This document shows positions 11,688 to 23,049 of a DNA stretch of 64,000 nt, in pieces. Positions within the stretch are counted from its first letter, which is position 1. The number at the start of each line of letters is the position of its first letter. The notes under the pieces are model-generated. The model saw only the letters and a program-made list of their open reading frames with translations, did no database searches and had not been told where the DNA came from. Where the stretch lies: contig OW569383.1 of assembly GCA_937625935.1 (NCBI GenBank), positions 124,001-188,000 of the forward strand. The letters run 5' to 3'. The stretch is from Tetramitus jugosus (Eukaryota > Protista > Heterolobosea). The position numbers and the translations under genes were made by a program.

Positions 11688-12257
11688 TGCTTCGTTTGTG
11701 TGTTGTTTTGTTGTTGTTGCTGTTATTATGAGTCTTGCATCATCTTCATTTGTATCGTTGTTTATGGATGATTTTCGTGTTTGGAAGGCGGATAACTTAC
11801 AAAAATAGCGAAGAGAACAATTTACTCTAGTCTCATAGTCTGTGCTTTGAGTACATATGCCACTGGATTGCGTATCTCCTCCGCCGCACAAACCTTGGGC
11901 AGGGGATGCGTAGTGACATGCATGATTTTTCTCCTCATTTCACATTTCTACTTCCACAGCTGATCCTAGAAAATGAAACACGAACATCCGCACACAGCGG
12001 TCACTGTCACAGCACCTACTTGAGTGGTGGGGTAGGACAGGAAAGGAAATGTGCTCAACAAAACAAGGCTCACGCTGACAAGCTCACGAACAAAGATACT
12101 TCTCAAACAAAGCAATCACATCTACACTTGTGTCTAGTATCACCATTCACATCATCACTTTCTGCATTTGTGAGTTTTCAGAACGAGCAGTGTGTCCCAC
12201 TCAAATCTCAAGATTGATTTTAGGTTATTGTTGTTACTGTCGACATACCACTACAAA

Positions 12258-12824
12258 ATGATTGGAAAGCAACACAAGAAGAAAGGCAGCCAAGTAAAGA
12301 GAATTGCCCAGCAAGATATTCGCCTCCACCCAAATCCAAAGTGGATTGCCTATGAACCCACCACACCCACCAGTGCATCAAGTTCTGAGGCAGCAAGTGA
12401 TGAGGTAGGAGCAGCAGCCGTAAAGAAGAGGAGTCCTTCTTCATCCCCAATTGTACAAACAAGAGAACGTAGGTCTCCTTCTTCATCTACCGAGGTGACT
12501 GAGATTCGAGTAAGGTCGAATCATTTTGGTTCGAGCTCTCCCTTTCACCGGGGCAGGGAACTAGGGGAATTTGAGCGTGGGCAGCAGGTATTATCGACAA
12601 GAAACGAAAGTCAACAAGTTTACTTTAGAGACACCACATATCAGCAAACCACTTCGCCCAACAGAAAACAGAGTGAGAACAGGATGCCCATGAGGTATTT
12701 ACCCTCCCTAGAGCTCGAGAGAAAGAAGAGAAATTGTGAGAGAATATCGATTCCAAACCTCTTGTGCCACGAGTCAACAGCACCACATGACATAAATGAT
12801 GGAGAACATCACATGCCATGGTGA
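12258..12824 (+). CDS. Small disordered, probably nuclear protein with a C-terminal RISIPNLL motif
   Basis: ATG at 12258, basic N-terminus (KQHKKK), Ser/Pro-rich body, and RKKR plus ISIPNLL near the C-terminus. Confidence 0.55.
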   Translation: MIGKQHKKKGSQVKRIAQQDIRLHPNPKWIAYEPTTPTSASSSEAASDEVGAAAVKKRSPSSSPIVQTRERRSPSSSTEVTEIRVRSNHFGSSSPFHRGRELGEFERGQQVLSTRNESQQVYFRDTTYQQTTSPNRKQSENRMPMRYLPSLELERKKRNCERISIPNLLCHESTAPHDINDGEHHMPW

Positions 12825-13392
12825 TGGACAGTGTAATGCATCTCCCATCCACCGAACATCACACAAGCCGAATCAATTCTATTGAAATTTTGAACCCTAT
12901 ACATAAAAGGCCTCGAGTAATGAATACCCTGCTTCACTTGTTGTTTCGACCCGGACGATATGGATCTTCTTCTGAACCTGTGTCTTGAGGGTTCCAGCGA
13001 AAGGACACTCACAAAATTCCTATTCAGTTTTCTGTCCCCTTTCACAATTCATGAAAAGCGGGACAAACTTCCTCGCTCCCCAACAACGCGGATTATGCGT
13101 TCGTCCCACAGATCAAGTAGAAGCATGCAGAACCCGCAAGGTTTGCGGGTCAAGAAAATCTTTGTACGTCTCTTTCATCGAACCCAATGATATTTTTCCC
13201 AAAGGAAACTACGTTCAAGCGTTGTCGACAATCTGTAAAACTCTTCGTGGAATTGTCAAATTTTTGCCGACTGAGACCAATGTCATCCGTCACATGCCGA
13301 ACTGTCTTTTGTCTTCTCTGACGGATCCACAAAAACATACAAGATAAAAAACAAGGCCGTGACAAAACAAGAAATAAAAAGAGAGAGAAAAG

Positions 13393-14970
13393 ATGGATGA
13401 CGAATATGACAATTCATCATTCTGTACATTAACCATCCCAGAGCAACTATGTCTCATGTGTCTCTACAACAAGGGCATACTCAAATTGAGTTTGGATCGC
13501 AAACAATACACTCGTGCACTGTACTTGGCAGTGTTGTGTGAAATGATGATTCAGAATGACATGTTACTATCAACAACAACAACATCATCAAATTCAGTTG
13601 AAACATCAACTGCGGCAGTAGAGAATAGTGTTCAAATGGACTCTTATTTTGATTATGATAATCCATCGTTTGAGAATCATAATAACAATCATAATAATCG
13701 ATACAAGAGTAGTAGTAGTAGTAGTAGAACAAGTACAGGTAATAGTAATAGTAGTGGAGCAAGAAGAAGCAATAGTCACAATAATAATAATAACAATAAC
13801 AACAACAACAACAGGAATAATAACAAGAGTGGTGTTGGTGTTGTTCTAGAAGAAGAGAATGATTTTTATTTTCGATTTGATTCCCATGTGGAACTATTGG
13901 ATCAATTCACCACCCATTCATCATCATCATCATCAGCACAGCAACATCAACAGTCATACAATAATGATGATGATGATGATGATGACCATCATCATGACAA
14001 TTTGGACTCTGACAATAATGACTATCATGACTATCATGACGATAATAATGATGAATATGAATTGAATGACAAGAATACAAAAAAAAACAAATCACTACGA
14101 CAACAACAACAACAAATCAATCACCATACGAGGAGTAAAAACAAGCGCGAAGAAGCTGGTCGTCGTCAGAAAGACAACAATGACAACAAGGATGACAAAG
14201 ATGACAAAGATGATGAAGGAGAAATGAACCCATGTCTCATGTTTAGTGGTGAATCCGAAATGACCTTTTTCATTCGACGGTTCATGACTGTTGCCAGTGA
14301 ACAACAATCATTGCACAACTATAGACTATTGTCGTTTGTTCGCAACATTCTGTGGAGCAATTCCAACACGATGCAAAACTCAATGGAACAACAAGTCATT
14401 TACAATATCGATAGTCATATTGGTATCATGTTGAGCAAGAACAATCGAACTGTCGAGTTCAAATCATCATGGTTGTTTGGCACGTGTCGATTCCCCATTG
14501 TCAACACCCGTGTCAAACAACAAATCAAGCACTATGTCCTACAAATGATTGAATGCTATGGCACAAAAAGAGAAAAGGTGATTGATCGCAGGGGATTTGC
14601 ACTGTTGGCCTGTCTCAATCTCATTGATACCATACTGATCAAGGAGATTATTCAGAAGAAGCAGGAGATTGTGTCTGAATTGTCTTGTGATGCATCCACC
14701 ACCACCACATCATCACCCTCTTTTCTGATGAACAATGGTCGCAATAACAGTAGTAGTGGTGGTAGTGGTAGTAGTGGCAGTAGTGGTGGTGGACTTCTGA
14801 ACAGTGTGAGTTCAATGTTTGGTGGTGGTGGTGGCAGTGGTAGTGCCATAACTGCAGACGAGAGAGCAAAACAGGAGCAATTGAGAAAGAAGGCAAGAAC
14901 CATTGTGTTGAACGGAAAAGTGGATCATCCAGACGACATTTATTATCACTTTTTCCAATATTTGATATAG
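13393..14970 (+). CDS. GOLPH3/Vps74 (GPP34)-like protein with long low-complexity insertions
   Basis: LTIPEQLCLMCL...ALYLAVLCEMMIQ, KSSWLFGTCRFPIVNTRVKQQI and DRRGFALLACL match the GPP34 pattern (LTLMEEVLLLGL, NFLLFDMTTHPL, DRRLLAL). Confidence 0.7.
   Translation: MDDEYDNSSFCTLTIPEQLCLMCLYNKGILKLSLDRKQYTRALYLAVLCEMMIQNDMLLSTTTTSSNSVETSTAAVENSVQMDSYFDYDNPSFENHNNNHNNRYKSSSSSSRTSTGNSNSSGARRSNSHNNNNNNNNNNNRNNNKSGVGVVLEEENDFYFRFDSHVELLDQFTTHSSSSSSAQQHQQSYNNDDDDDDDHHHDNLDSDNNDYHDYHDDNNDEYELNDKNTKKNKSLRQQQQQINHHTRSKNKREEAGRRQKDNNDNKDDKDDKDDEGEMNPCLMFSGESEMTFFIRRFMTVASEQQSLHNYRLLSFVRNILWSNSNTMQNSMEQQVIYNIDSHIGIMLSKNNRTVEFKSSWLFGTCRFPIVNTRVKQQIKHYVLQMIECYGTKREKVIDRRGFALLACLNLIDTILIKEIIQKKQEIVSELSCDASTTTTSSPSFLMNNGRNNSSSGGSGSSGSSGGGLLNSVSSMFGGGGGSGSAITADERAKQEQLRKKARTIVLNGKVDHPDDIYYHFFQYLI
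13680..14220. repeat. Cluster of coding trinucleotide microsatellites (AAT/AAC/AGT/GAT/TCA/CAA)
   Basis: Runs encode poly-N, S, D and Q inside the GOLPH3-like ORF; representative of similar clusters in UGGT, the sirtuin, the 28.9-30.2 kb gene, the DNA-PKcs N-terminus and YAK1. Confidence 0.9.
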
Positions 14971-15037
14971 TTGTGCGTGTGTATATATATACATGAAACA
15001 ACCAACTACAGTTGTATTTATTATTATTAAATGTTTG

Positions 15038-18000
15038 TTAAGATTGGTTTGAGAGTGTTGATTCATAGCGACGTATCTCTTCATCGTATTCGGTCCATTC
15101 AGGAACAATTCTCTTGGCACTGGTCAACTTGTGCTCCTTTGTCTTTGGATTGTTGCACAGATCGATAGTCTTTGCCTTTGATTTCGACTCTTCACTGCAC
15201 CACGTCTCACACCACAACCAATTCTGTGGTAGACTGGTGATTGGAACAACATGTTGGGCATAATTTGGCAAATCTTGATCCAAATTACTGAGAGAGTTAG
15301 GATCCTTGGACAAGCTGTCATAGTACATGCGCAATTGATCTCCGTGATACTGTCTTCTGAATTGAGCAATATCAACTGCATAGAGCGCAGAGATGTGATA
15401 TGGCTTTCCTCTCAAATGTTGTTGCCAGTAACCTTGATTCCAGAATCTGAATCCTTCCATGTCCTTTCTGTCGGAGCAGAATGGAGTGTAAGCCAACGAG
15501 TTGCCCTTCATGTCAAAGTCCCACAGTTCAGTCATATCCGTGCGACACACCTGATCAGCATCCACAAAGATAATCTTCTTCACTTGTCTCAATGGAAATA
15601 GCACATCAAGGAACAATACCTTGTATGCCCAAATGATTCTCTGCTTTTGCTGTTGTTTGTGGAGCCAGTGAGGCCATGCATAACTGACGAGTCCATACTT
15701 AAAGCCATAGTGCTTGGCCAATTGAGGAAGAACAGTTTTGAATTGAGGGCTGAGGAACTGTTTGAGGAACCAGAATTTAGGAGTCGAGTCCTTCATGTTC
15801 TTTCTTACAGACTATCAAACAAAGAGATGGCAATTGTCATTGTGTTAGTGTTAAATCAAGCTCAGTTGTTATAAAGTGAAGTAATAATAATAATAATAAT
15901 AATACATACCAATATCATAATCTTCAACAATCGCTCGTACATGTGACCACTGGCAATGGAGAAAATGTGCACAGTTTTCTTTGGTGATGCTCCTCCTGTG
16001 AAGTAGCTGAGGAACGAGTTGTTGCTTGCTTCACCGGTATTATTGCTTTCCTCCAAGTCATTTTCCTGAACGTCGTCTGCTTCTGATCCCTCGGACAATA
16101 ACTCTTCCTTCTCCTTACCAGGATTTCTCTTGACAAACAATTGAATAAATGGACCATCAAAGCTGTCAACACTTATCCATTCGTTGGGACGATTCAATGC
16201 ATTGACATTGACTCGAGCACTTGCCAATTGTTGATCATAGAATGATGATTGCTTCCATCCAACAATGGAAAACAATTCAGAGTGTCTACCAGTCTTTGGT
16301 AGTTGAAGAGAGTGGAGAGAGCTAGTCTTGGCCTTCAATTGGAAGTAACCATAATTGGCCATCACGAGTGTAACATCCTTGTTCTTATCGACTTGTTCAT
16401 GATCCGATAGTTCCAATTGGAGACCACGAGGATACTTTTGCTCAGTCAAGTCCAAGCAACTACCAGTCACAACAATGTGCTCCAATTGATATCGAATGTA
16501 GCATTCGTTGCCCTGTGTGACTTCGCAGTCTTGAGCCAAATTTAAATTATCCAAATCGTACTGCGAGTACGTTAGTTCAACGAGCCATGACTCTGGTGTA
16601 TCCATGGCCACAGTGAAAATACCTGGCACTGATTCATTCAAGCGCAATTCCAACTTGTCTTGATCAATGAGGAATCGATACAGTGATTTCAGTGGAAGAC
16701 TCGATGTTTCAATCTGAGGATTCAAAATCACAGTCATCTTGAACAGTTTCAAACGATTGAGATATTGGAGGATAGAGCTGAACTTTTGAGCAAATTTGGA
16801 CAATGGATCCACAATGACCACAATCTCTGTCACGGCTCCTGTGATGGAAGACGATGGCAATGATGTGAATTGATACTTGTAATCCTTGAGATCGTGTGCG
16901 ACATTGACTCTATCCAAACCACCATCCATACTGTTCAACAGAGTACATGTACTGAACATTCGATCGGATCTGGTTTCAGAGTTGTCTTCTTCTTCCGTGT
17001 TGTCTCCCTTTGGAGCAAACAATTCAGAAGACTTCTCATAGAATCGACCGAATTTTGCATTGGCCTGATCCTTGAGAATGGAGAAGTGATCGAGCATGAA
17101 ATCAGCTTGATCTTGGACACTGGAGAATTGCATCAACTTTCCGTGTGGTGCAATGATACCACCAAGCAAGGATGGAATGTACTGCTTACAGAGAGTGGCA
17201 TCGTTCAGAATGATACGGGTAGATTCTGTTTGGCTCAAATATTCATCAATCATGGCCTTCCACTTGAGAGTTGGATACTGTGATTGACAAATGATGAATG
17301 TGTACTTGGCCAATGACTTTTTGTTCTGCAATAGATCCTTGGAGTAGGAGATGCGATCCTTGTCAACCAAGGAAGATGTGAGTTCCACATGTATATTCTG
17401 AGAGGATTGATCACTAAAGATCAATCGATTATATGATTTGAACGTCTTTGATTTCTCCAAAATCTTCTTCAACAAGTTCTTATCTGAGTCAACTAGTGCA
17501 TTACTGCGAATGAGATTCACTACGTGATCATACTGTTCTCTCATGGCAGTCATGAACAATCGATCAGGGGCTTCATCTGATGTCTCATACAGAGCACCAT
17601 TCATCAACAGTGCGCTGCTTACATCATCAGAGAGAAGGGACTTGGCTGCTATTCTGTATCTGTCCAACAACATTTTCTCTTGTTCTTGACTCATCTTCAA
17701 GTGTTGACTCTTGTGAACTTGTCTTGCAAACATTTCTTGCATGCACATTTGAATGCCCCGTTCTCTGCACAGCTTCTCAATGTACAGAATGTATTTGGCG
17801 CTTGATTCGTCCAGAGTAATTGATGATGATGATGATGGTACTTGATCATCAACAGATTGCTGACCACCAGTCACATCGACTTGAATGTGATGATTGTTTG
17901 CAGTAGTAGAAGTAGTGATCGATGGAATGAGAATCACACCAAATCGAATTGGATATCCTCTCCAGATAAAGGATAGCATGGTACTCAACTTGCTCATTGC

Positions 18001-20067
18001 ATCAGCATTGTTCTGCAATGGATTCAACACGAGAATCGCAGTCACTGCATTTCTTCGACTAAATCTCAGTTGACCATACATGGGAGGTTGCAACATGAAG
18101 CGCAATGATGGTGGGAAATTATTCGCATATCGATCATCCTTCTCAATATCGTTGATAAACAGAACATTGTTCGAAACGAATTGTTCGTCCGATAGGAAAT
18201 CGAGTCTTGGATGTTGATTGTTACCACCATTGTCATTCTTGTTGTTGTTGTTGTTATTCAAGTAATCGTACAATAGTGTGTGAATCATGGATGATGGCAC
18301 ACCATACTTGTTCACCAACACGTCCAACAAACTCTGTTCCTGGTGCAGCAATATTTGATAGAGCGAGTAGAGATTGAGCTTACTCGAGTCCAATAGTCTT
18401 CCATTGACATAGATGGCACTGCGTCTGATCATTTCACTTGGATTGTTCGGATCAGGCATATCAAAATAGGTTGACTTGTGTTGTTCATACTGTTGTTTCA
18501 ATTGATTGACCATGGTAGAGTAGTCTGATATGTCATCCTTGTCTCTATTGATGAGATCATAGACGTGCAATAGAAAGTTTTGAGAGTATTCTACCAATTG
18601 ATCCAATGATGAATCCATTTGATGATCATTTTCAACATTGTTGTTGTTATTATTGTTATTGTTATTATTATTGGTATTGGTATTGGTACGTTGATTGAAA
18701 ATGACATCGAGTGCCTTGATACCAATATCAGCAATCTGCCATGGTTGAATCTTTTTGATATCACGAGTCAATAGTTGATTATTACCACTACCACTGCCAC
18801 TGCCACCACTCGTCTTTTGTAAATAGTATTGAAATGCCAATAAATCTGATTCATACTGTGGATACTCATTCAACAACTTGTTGAATCGAATACCATTGAT
18901 ACTATTGTCACTATTATTATTATTACTAATGTTGTCATTACCAGTGGTCGTAGTATTAGTATTGGATGATGATTGTTTCATGGATGAAATATCCAACTGT
19001 TTGTATTCCATGTCTTTCAACTGCAATTGAACACCATATCCTCTCACTGATTGCAATTCATTCAATACTTGATTTTCTCTAATCATGTAATAATAATTGT
19101 TATTATTATGATTATTGTTATGATTGTTATGATTCTTGTTCATGAGATGATGTTTGAGACTGTGGAGTGAAAATTGTCTGAGAATCACTTGTTGTTGATT
19201 GCAATTGTCATTGTTATTATTGTTATTACTAGAATGAGTCAAGTATTGATTCAATGCACTTCTACCTTGTTCACACATCATGTCCACATACACTACTTGA
19301 TTCTCACTACTTGCTGGTTCATGATGATGATGATGAGCACAAGTATTCTTCTTCTTCAAGTATAAATCATGTGGATTGTGTGCTTCCATACTATCACTAC
19401 CACTATGACTAGATGATGTTGTTGTTGTTGTTGTATAAAAACATTGTTCATCATCATCTGTTGTTGTTGTTGTTGTTAGTAGTAGTGATTGAGAGGCATA
19501 GGATGTTTGTAAATGAACTAGTGGAGAATAGTAGCGAATAGAGAGTGCAAATCTCAATCGTTGAATCAACACTGGATCATTCAATTGATGTGATGATGAT
19601 GATGATGATTCATGAGAAGAGAGAAGTTGAATCAATGAATCAACACTCTCCTTTTCATTCATTTCATTGATGAGTGATTGAGGAGTAGCAGTAGCAGTAG
19701 CAGTTGTGATGAGTTGTAGATAGGGAATCAATAGAGATGGATATTCTTTTCCAAAGAATTCACTAGTGTGTGTTCGTTATTCAAAGTATTGTTATTGATG
19801 ATGTGGTGTGAGTTCGATCGAATCAAACAAGTGAGATCTAGAGAGAACAAGTGAAATGGAGTCTGTTGCAGGCTGTAGTTGGTGTTGTTATACATACACA
19901 CTCTCCCTGATCATACTCGTCTTATTCCAATTGGCCTTTGTTTCAATGGATGCATGAATTTTGATGGTGGCAGCATCATTGCTTGCTGTTGTTGTTGTTG
20001 TTGTTGCAAATGTTGTGGACAACAGCAACAACAAGACACATACAAGAATAGAGAATAAAAATTTCAT
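15038..20067 (-). CDS. UGGT: UDP-glucose:glycoprotein glucosyltransferase (~1598 aa), 3 exons; introns 19763..19897 and 15812..15909
   Basis: Signal peptide [20 protein letters not shown] at 20067; [14 protein letters not shown]; [11 protein letters not shown]; GT24 domain [53 protein letters not shown]. Both GTATGT...TAG introns keep the frame. Confidence 0.95.
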
Positions 20068-20199
20068 TATTGTTCCTCTTATTGGACGTTGACAATGATC
20101 GTCTCTCTCTCAAGTGCAAGTGTTGTGATTCTCTTTTTTTTTTTGATCTCCACAACACGCACAAACAGAAACAGAGAAACAACGATACAATAACGTAGA

Positions 20200-20935
20200 A
20201 TGGAAGAAGAATCCATATCGAGCATTGGAACCAACAATAATCCATTAGATCTTGTTGCCAATCAACAACAACAAGTCATCGAAACTACAGCACTGACTAC
20301 AGGTGACAATCACAACAACAACAACAATCATCGTCCTTCTAGAAAACGAAAGTATGACTCATCATCTTCATCTAGTAGTAGTAGTAGTAGTAGCAGTTAT
20401 CTGAATCTGATGGAGAGAGTGCAGAGAGAGCAGACTGTTCCTCAAGACACGCTTGCCTATTCAAAGTGTGATGAGAAGATTGAGATATTGTTGCAGCAAA
20501 AGAACAAGTCGTAGTAGTAGTAGTAGTAGTAATAGTCGTCGTCAAAGTAGTAAAAGTGGAAACCACAAAGAAGATGATAAAAGTGTGAGAAGAGGAAGCA
20601 GCAGCAGAAGAAGAAGCAGATTATATGATGATGATGATGATGAGAATCGAGATCAAGATTGGAATACTTCTCAACCAACAAGTCACCACCAACACCACCA
20701 CCGCCACCACCACCACCAACAACAACAACAACACTACGACCACCACCGTTCGAATCGATTCAATCATGATCATCATGAAGACAGATATCATCCATACACG
20801 AGTACAACGAACACTCGAATAGGAGATCACAGAGAGCATCCACAGCAGCAGCAGCAGCAGCACGAGAGGAGAGTGTATCGAGGCAGAGGAATGATGAGAT
20901 ATAGAACTCCTCCTCCTATTCTACACCACAGTTGA
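20200..20935 (+). CDS. Low-complexity Ser/Arg/His-rich protein, split over two frames (31-nt intron 20466..20496 or an indel)
   Basis: Overlapping ORFs 20200..20514 and 20453..20935 both have host-like composition. Removing GTGTGA...TTGCAG joins them in frame. NLS-like SRKRK. Confidence 0.5.
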
Positions 20936-20974
20936 TTCAAAGGCATCTCATGTTCACAAATAAATGGTTGTTAT

Positions 20975-22423
20975 TTATACAAATAAATCTGCACAATGCA
21001 CACATTCATCATGAGCTTTTCCCGCCAGTGTTGGGAAAGAGATGGACCGGTCCACAGTCTTGTTCTGTCGCTTACGCAAGAGTGCAATGCTTCGAGCCAC
21101 AGTAGAACGAACATTGCCAACAAAGTACTGTGCAGACACTGCAGCTGCCATCTCCAATGCAAGCACTGCATTCACGTCTCGTTTCATCCTCTCTGGAACA
21201 GACTTGCTCTGTTCAATCAAATCGCTACATAGGTACCAATGAGGGTGCTTGTCAATAATTGCAATCGTAGGATCAGTTTGTCTCTGGTGTTCCGGAATGG
21301 GATTCGTCATGATAATCACATGTTTCGCACCAGTAGTGCTCTGAAGCCGTAGAATATGAGGTTCCACCCGACGCATGTCAAAGTAGCAATCATCGGTCGA
21401 TGCAGCACAAAAGTCTCCCAATCTCAAATGAACCATGATGCTTGACTCTCTCATGTCACTAATACTGTCGTTTGGCAGTGAGCGGAACGTTGAGTACATC
21501 ATTTCGTAGAGAGACGGCTGTATATCAGGCACATTCTCCACTCCCAATGACTTTAGTGCCAACCGATGCAGAACCACCACTCGTTGAGTCTGATGATTGT
21601 TGTTGTTGTTGTTGTTGTTGTCTCCTTGTTGAAAATGGTTGTTGATACATGTGATAAAGTGGTTCAGCTTCTGTTCTGGGCCAATGTCCGTTCTCATTCT
21701 GCAGTGACCCACTCTGAATGGAGGAGTGACAACATCAGCAGAAGCAGCAGAAGCAGCAGCAGCAGATGATGATGATGATGATGATGCTCTCTGTTTGCTG
21801 CTCAATTGACTCAACAGAGATGGAGTTGCCATTTCAATATTCAATCGGGCAAAGTTACGAGTGACAACTGTAGTCGCTGTTCCATTGTTGAAGTGAACAG
21901 TCGTGTGGAAGGATTGATTGGGAATGTGAAACAAGTCCGAGAAGGGAACAACACTGTGGTCAATCTTCTCTCGGAATTGAACATTTCCTTGATTGTCAAC
22001 AGAGAATGCTCTCGAAGTGGAGTGGGCATTCTGTATGTTTGGGTGCACGAGCAGTGTCAGATCAGTGTTGTTCATTCGAGCCAAAATGTATGCTGCATCG
22101 GCCAACGCCCTGATATAATTGTTCAATCCTGACTCGTGCACCGCAATGACGTATTTCTTGCTGTTGCTGTTGTTGTTGTTGTCGTTCTCACTACTACTAC
22201 TACTACTTCTATGCCCATCATCATTATTTGTTTCTTGTTGTTGTTGTTGTTGTTGTTGCACTTTGACTTCTGACCTGATGGTCGCGGCGATTGTTGATTG
22301 AGGTGTATCTATCGACATATCTCTCTGGACATGTCTTGGCTGTCGAAACATGATTGTGAAGAAGAGCACTCCTTGGAGCACAATGAACATCGCAATGGCA
22401 AATTTGGCTCTTGGGCGGAGCAT
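20975..22423 (-). CDS. Type II membrane GDP-fucose O-fucosyltransferase-family (GT-B) glycosyltransferase
   Basis: N-terminal TM anchor and stem; SGLNN, MVHLRLGDF and LEMAAAVSAQYFVGNVRSTVARSI motifs typical of O-FucT/POFUT-like enzymes. Confidence 0.8.
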   Translation of the reverse strand: MLRPRAKFAIAMFIVLQGVLFFTIMFRQPRHVQRDMSIDTPQSTIAATIRSEVKVQQQQQQQQETNNDDGHRSSSSSSENDNNNNSNSKKYVIAVHESGLNNYIRALADAAYILARMNNTDLTLLVHPNIQNAHSTSRAFSVDNQGNVQFREKIDHSVVPFSDLFHIPNQSFHTTVHFNNGTATTVVTRNFARLNIEMATPSLLSQLSSKQRASSSSSSSAAAASAASADVVTPPFRVGHCRMRTDIGPEQKLNHFITCINNHFQQGDNNNNNNNNHQTQRVVVLHRLALKSLGVENVPDIQPSLYEMMYSTFRSLPNDSISDMRESSIMVHLRLGDFCAASTDDCYFDMRRVEPHILRLQSTTGAKHVIIMTNPIPEHQRQTDPTIAIIDKHPHWYLCSDLIEQSKSVPERMKRDVNAVLALEMAAAVSAQYFVGNVRSTVARSIALLRKRQNKTVDRSISFPTLAGKAHDECVHCADLFV

Positions 22424-23049
22424 GATCGTTTCTTTGCTGTGACAGGTGTTGAAATATTATTCTGTGGATGTGATGTTCCATCAACATCAAAAGGCGCCAA
22501 ACAAAGAAAGTGCCGCAAACCACCTATATTTGCCACATACAACGAACCAACTCGGAACAAGGCCGAAGGCCGAGCAAAGATTTTCAGCAACAGGAGAACG
22601 ATCTCAAGAGGAAACTTGGAGTTTGATTTAAACAAGACTTTTGATTTATAATCGAATTAAAAATTACTTAAATTAAATATTTGGAGACGATGCATCTATT
22701 CTAAGATCTCCCTTATTTTAAATTATTCCTTAGTTTGATAACACCATTATTTTACAGACTTTATTTTGTGCTGTCTTTCCTCAATACTTTTTTGTTTACA
22801 CATTATGCATGATCTGTATTCCATCCAAGGGAAATATGCACAAATGTCCTTTGCCCAGTCAAAACAAAGCCGCTCTGAAAACCAACAATCTGTGGCTTGG
22901 GTTGTTATGCTAGTCCACTGTTGAATGTTCGATTTGAGATGGGACGAATTTAATTTGTATTTCTGTATTTGTCAGATTCGCGGACATTGGACTGGTTGAG
23001 TTGACTTCTCAAGAGCCCAACAGATCGTGAAACACACATCATAGCAACA

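Larger units (their letters stand above)
7683..11894. mobile_element. Candidate RAG1/Transib-like DNA transposon (or domesticated remnant) with two convergent genes; ends uncertain
   Basis: DDE transposase ORF (+) plus an orphan ORF (-) tail-to-tail, in an AT-rich segment nearly free of host-type microsatellites. Boundaries are taken from two short inverted motif pairs; no clear TIR or TSD. Confidence 0.45.

Noticed and set aside
10755-11891. Calling the convergent gene RAG2-like
   Set aside because: No six-bladed Kelch pattern or PHD finger is visible; only its position is analogous. The track's TTG start at 11891 is also unlikely in a eukaryote.
7520-12250. Canonical RSS/Transib TIRs with a 5-bp TSD
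   Set aside because: CAC-initiated candidates on the left (7549, 7701) do not match the right-hand CACTACG end, and their flanks give no duplication.
6731-13109. 9-bp inverted match GTGGGACGA/TCGTCCCAC as wider element ends
   Set aside because: An isolated 9-mer that does not extend; expected by chance over this span.
13481-22301. Many short poly-Y/M/I/L/C/V ORFs
   Set aside because: Alternative-frame or antisense translations of coding microsatellites.
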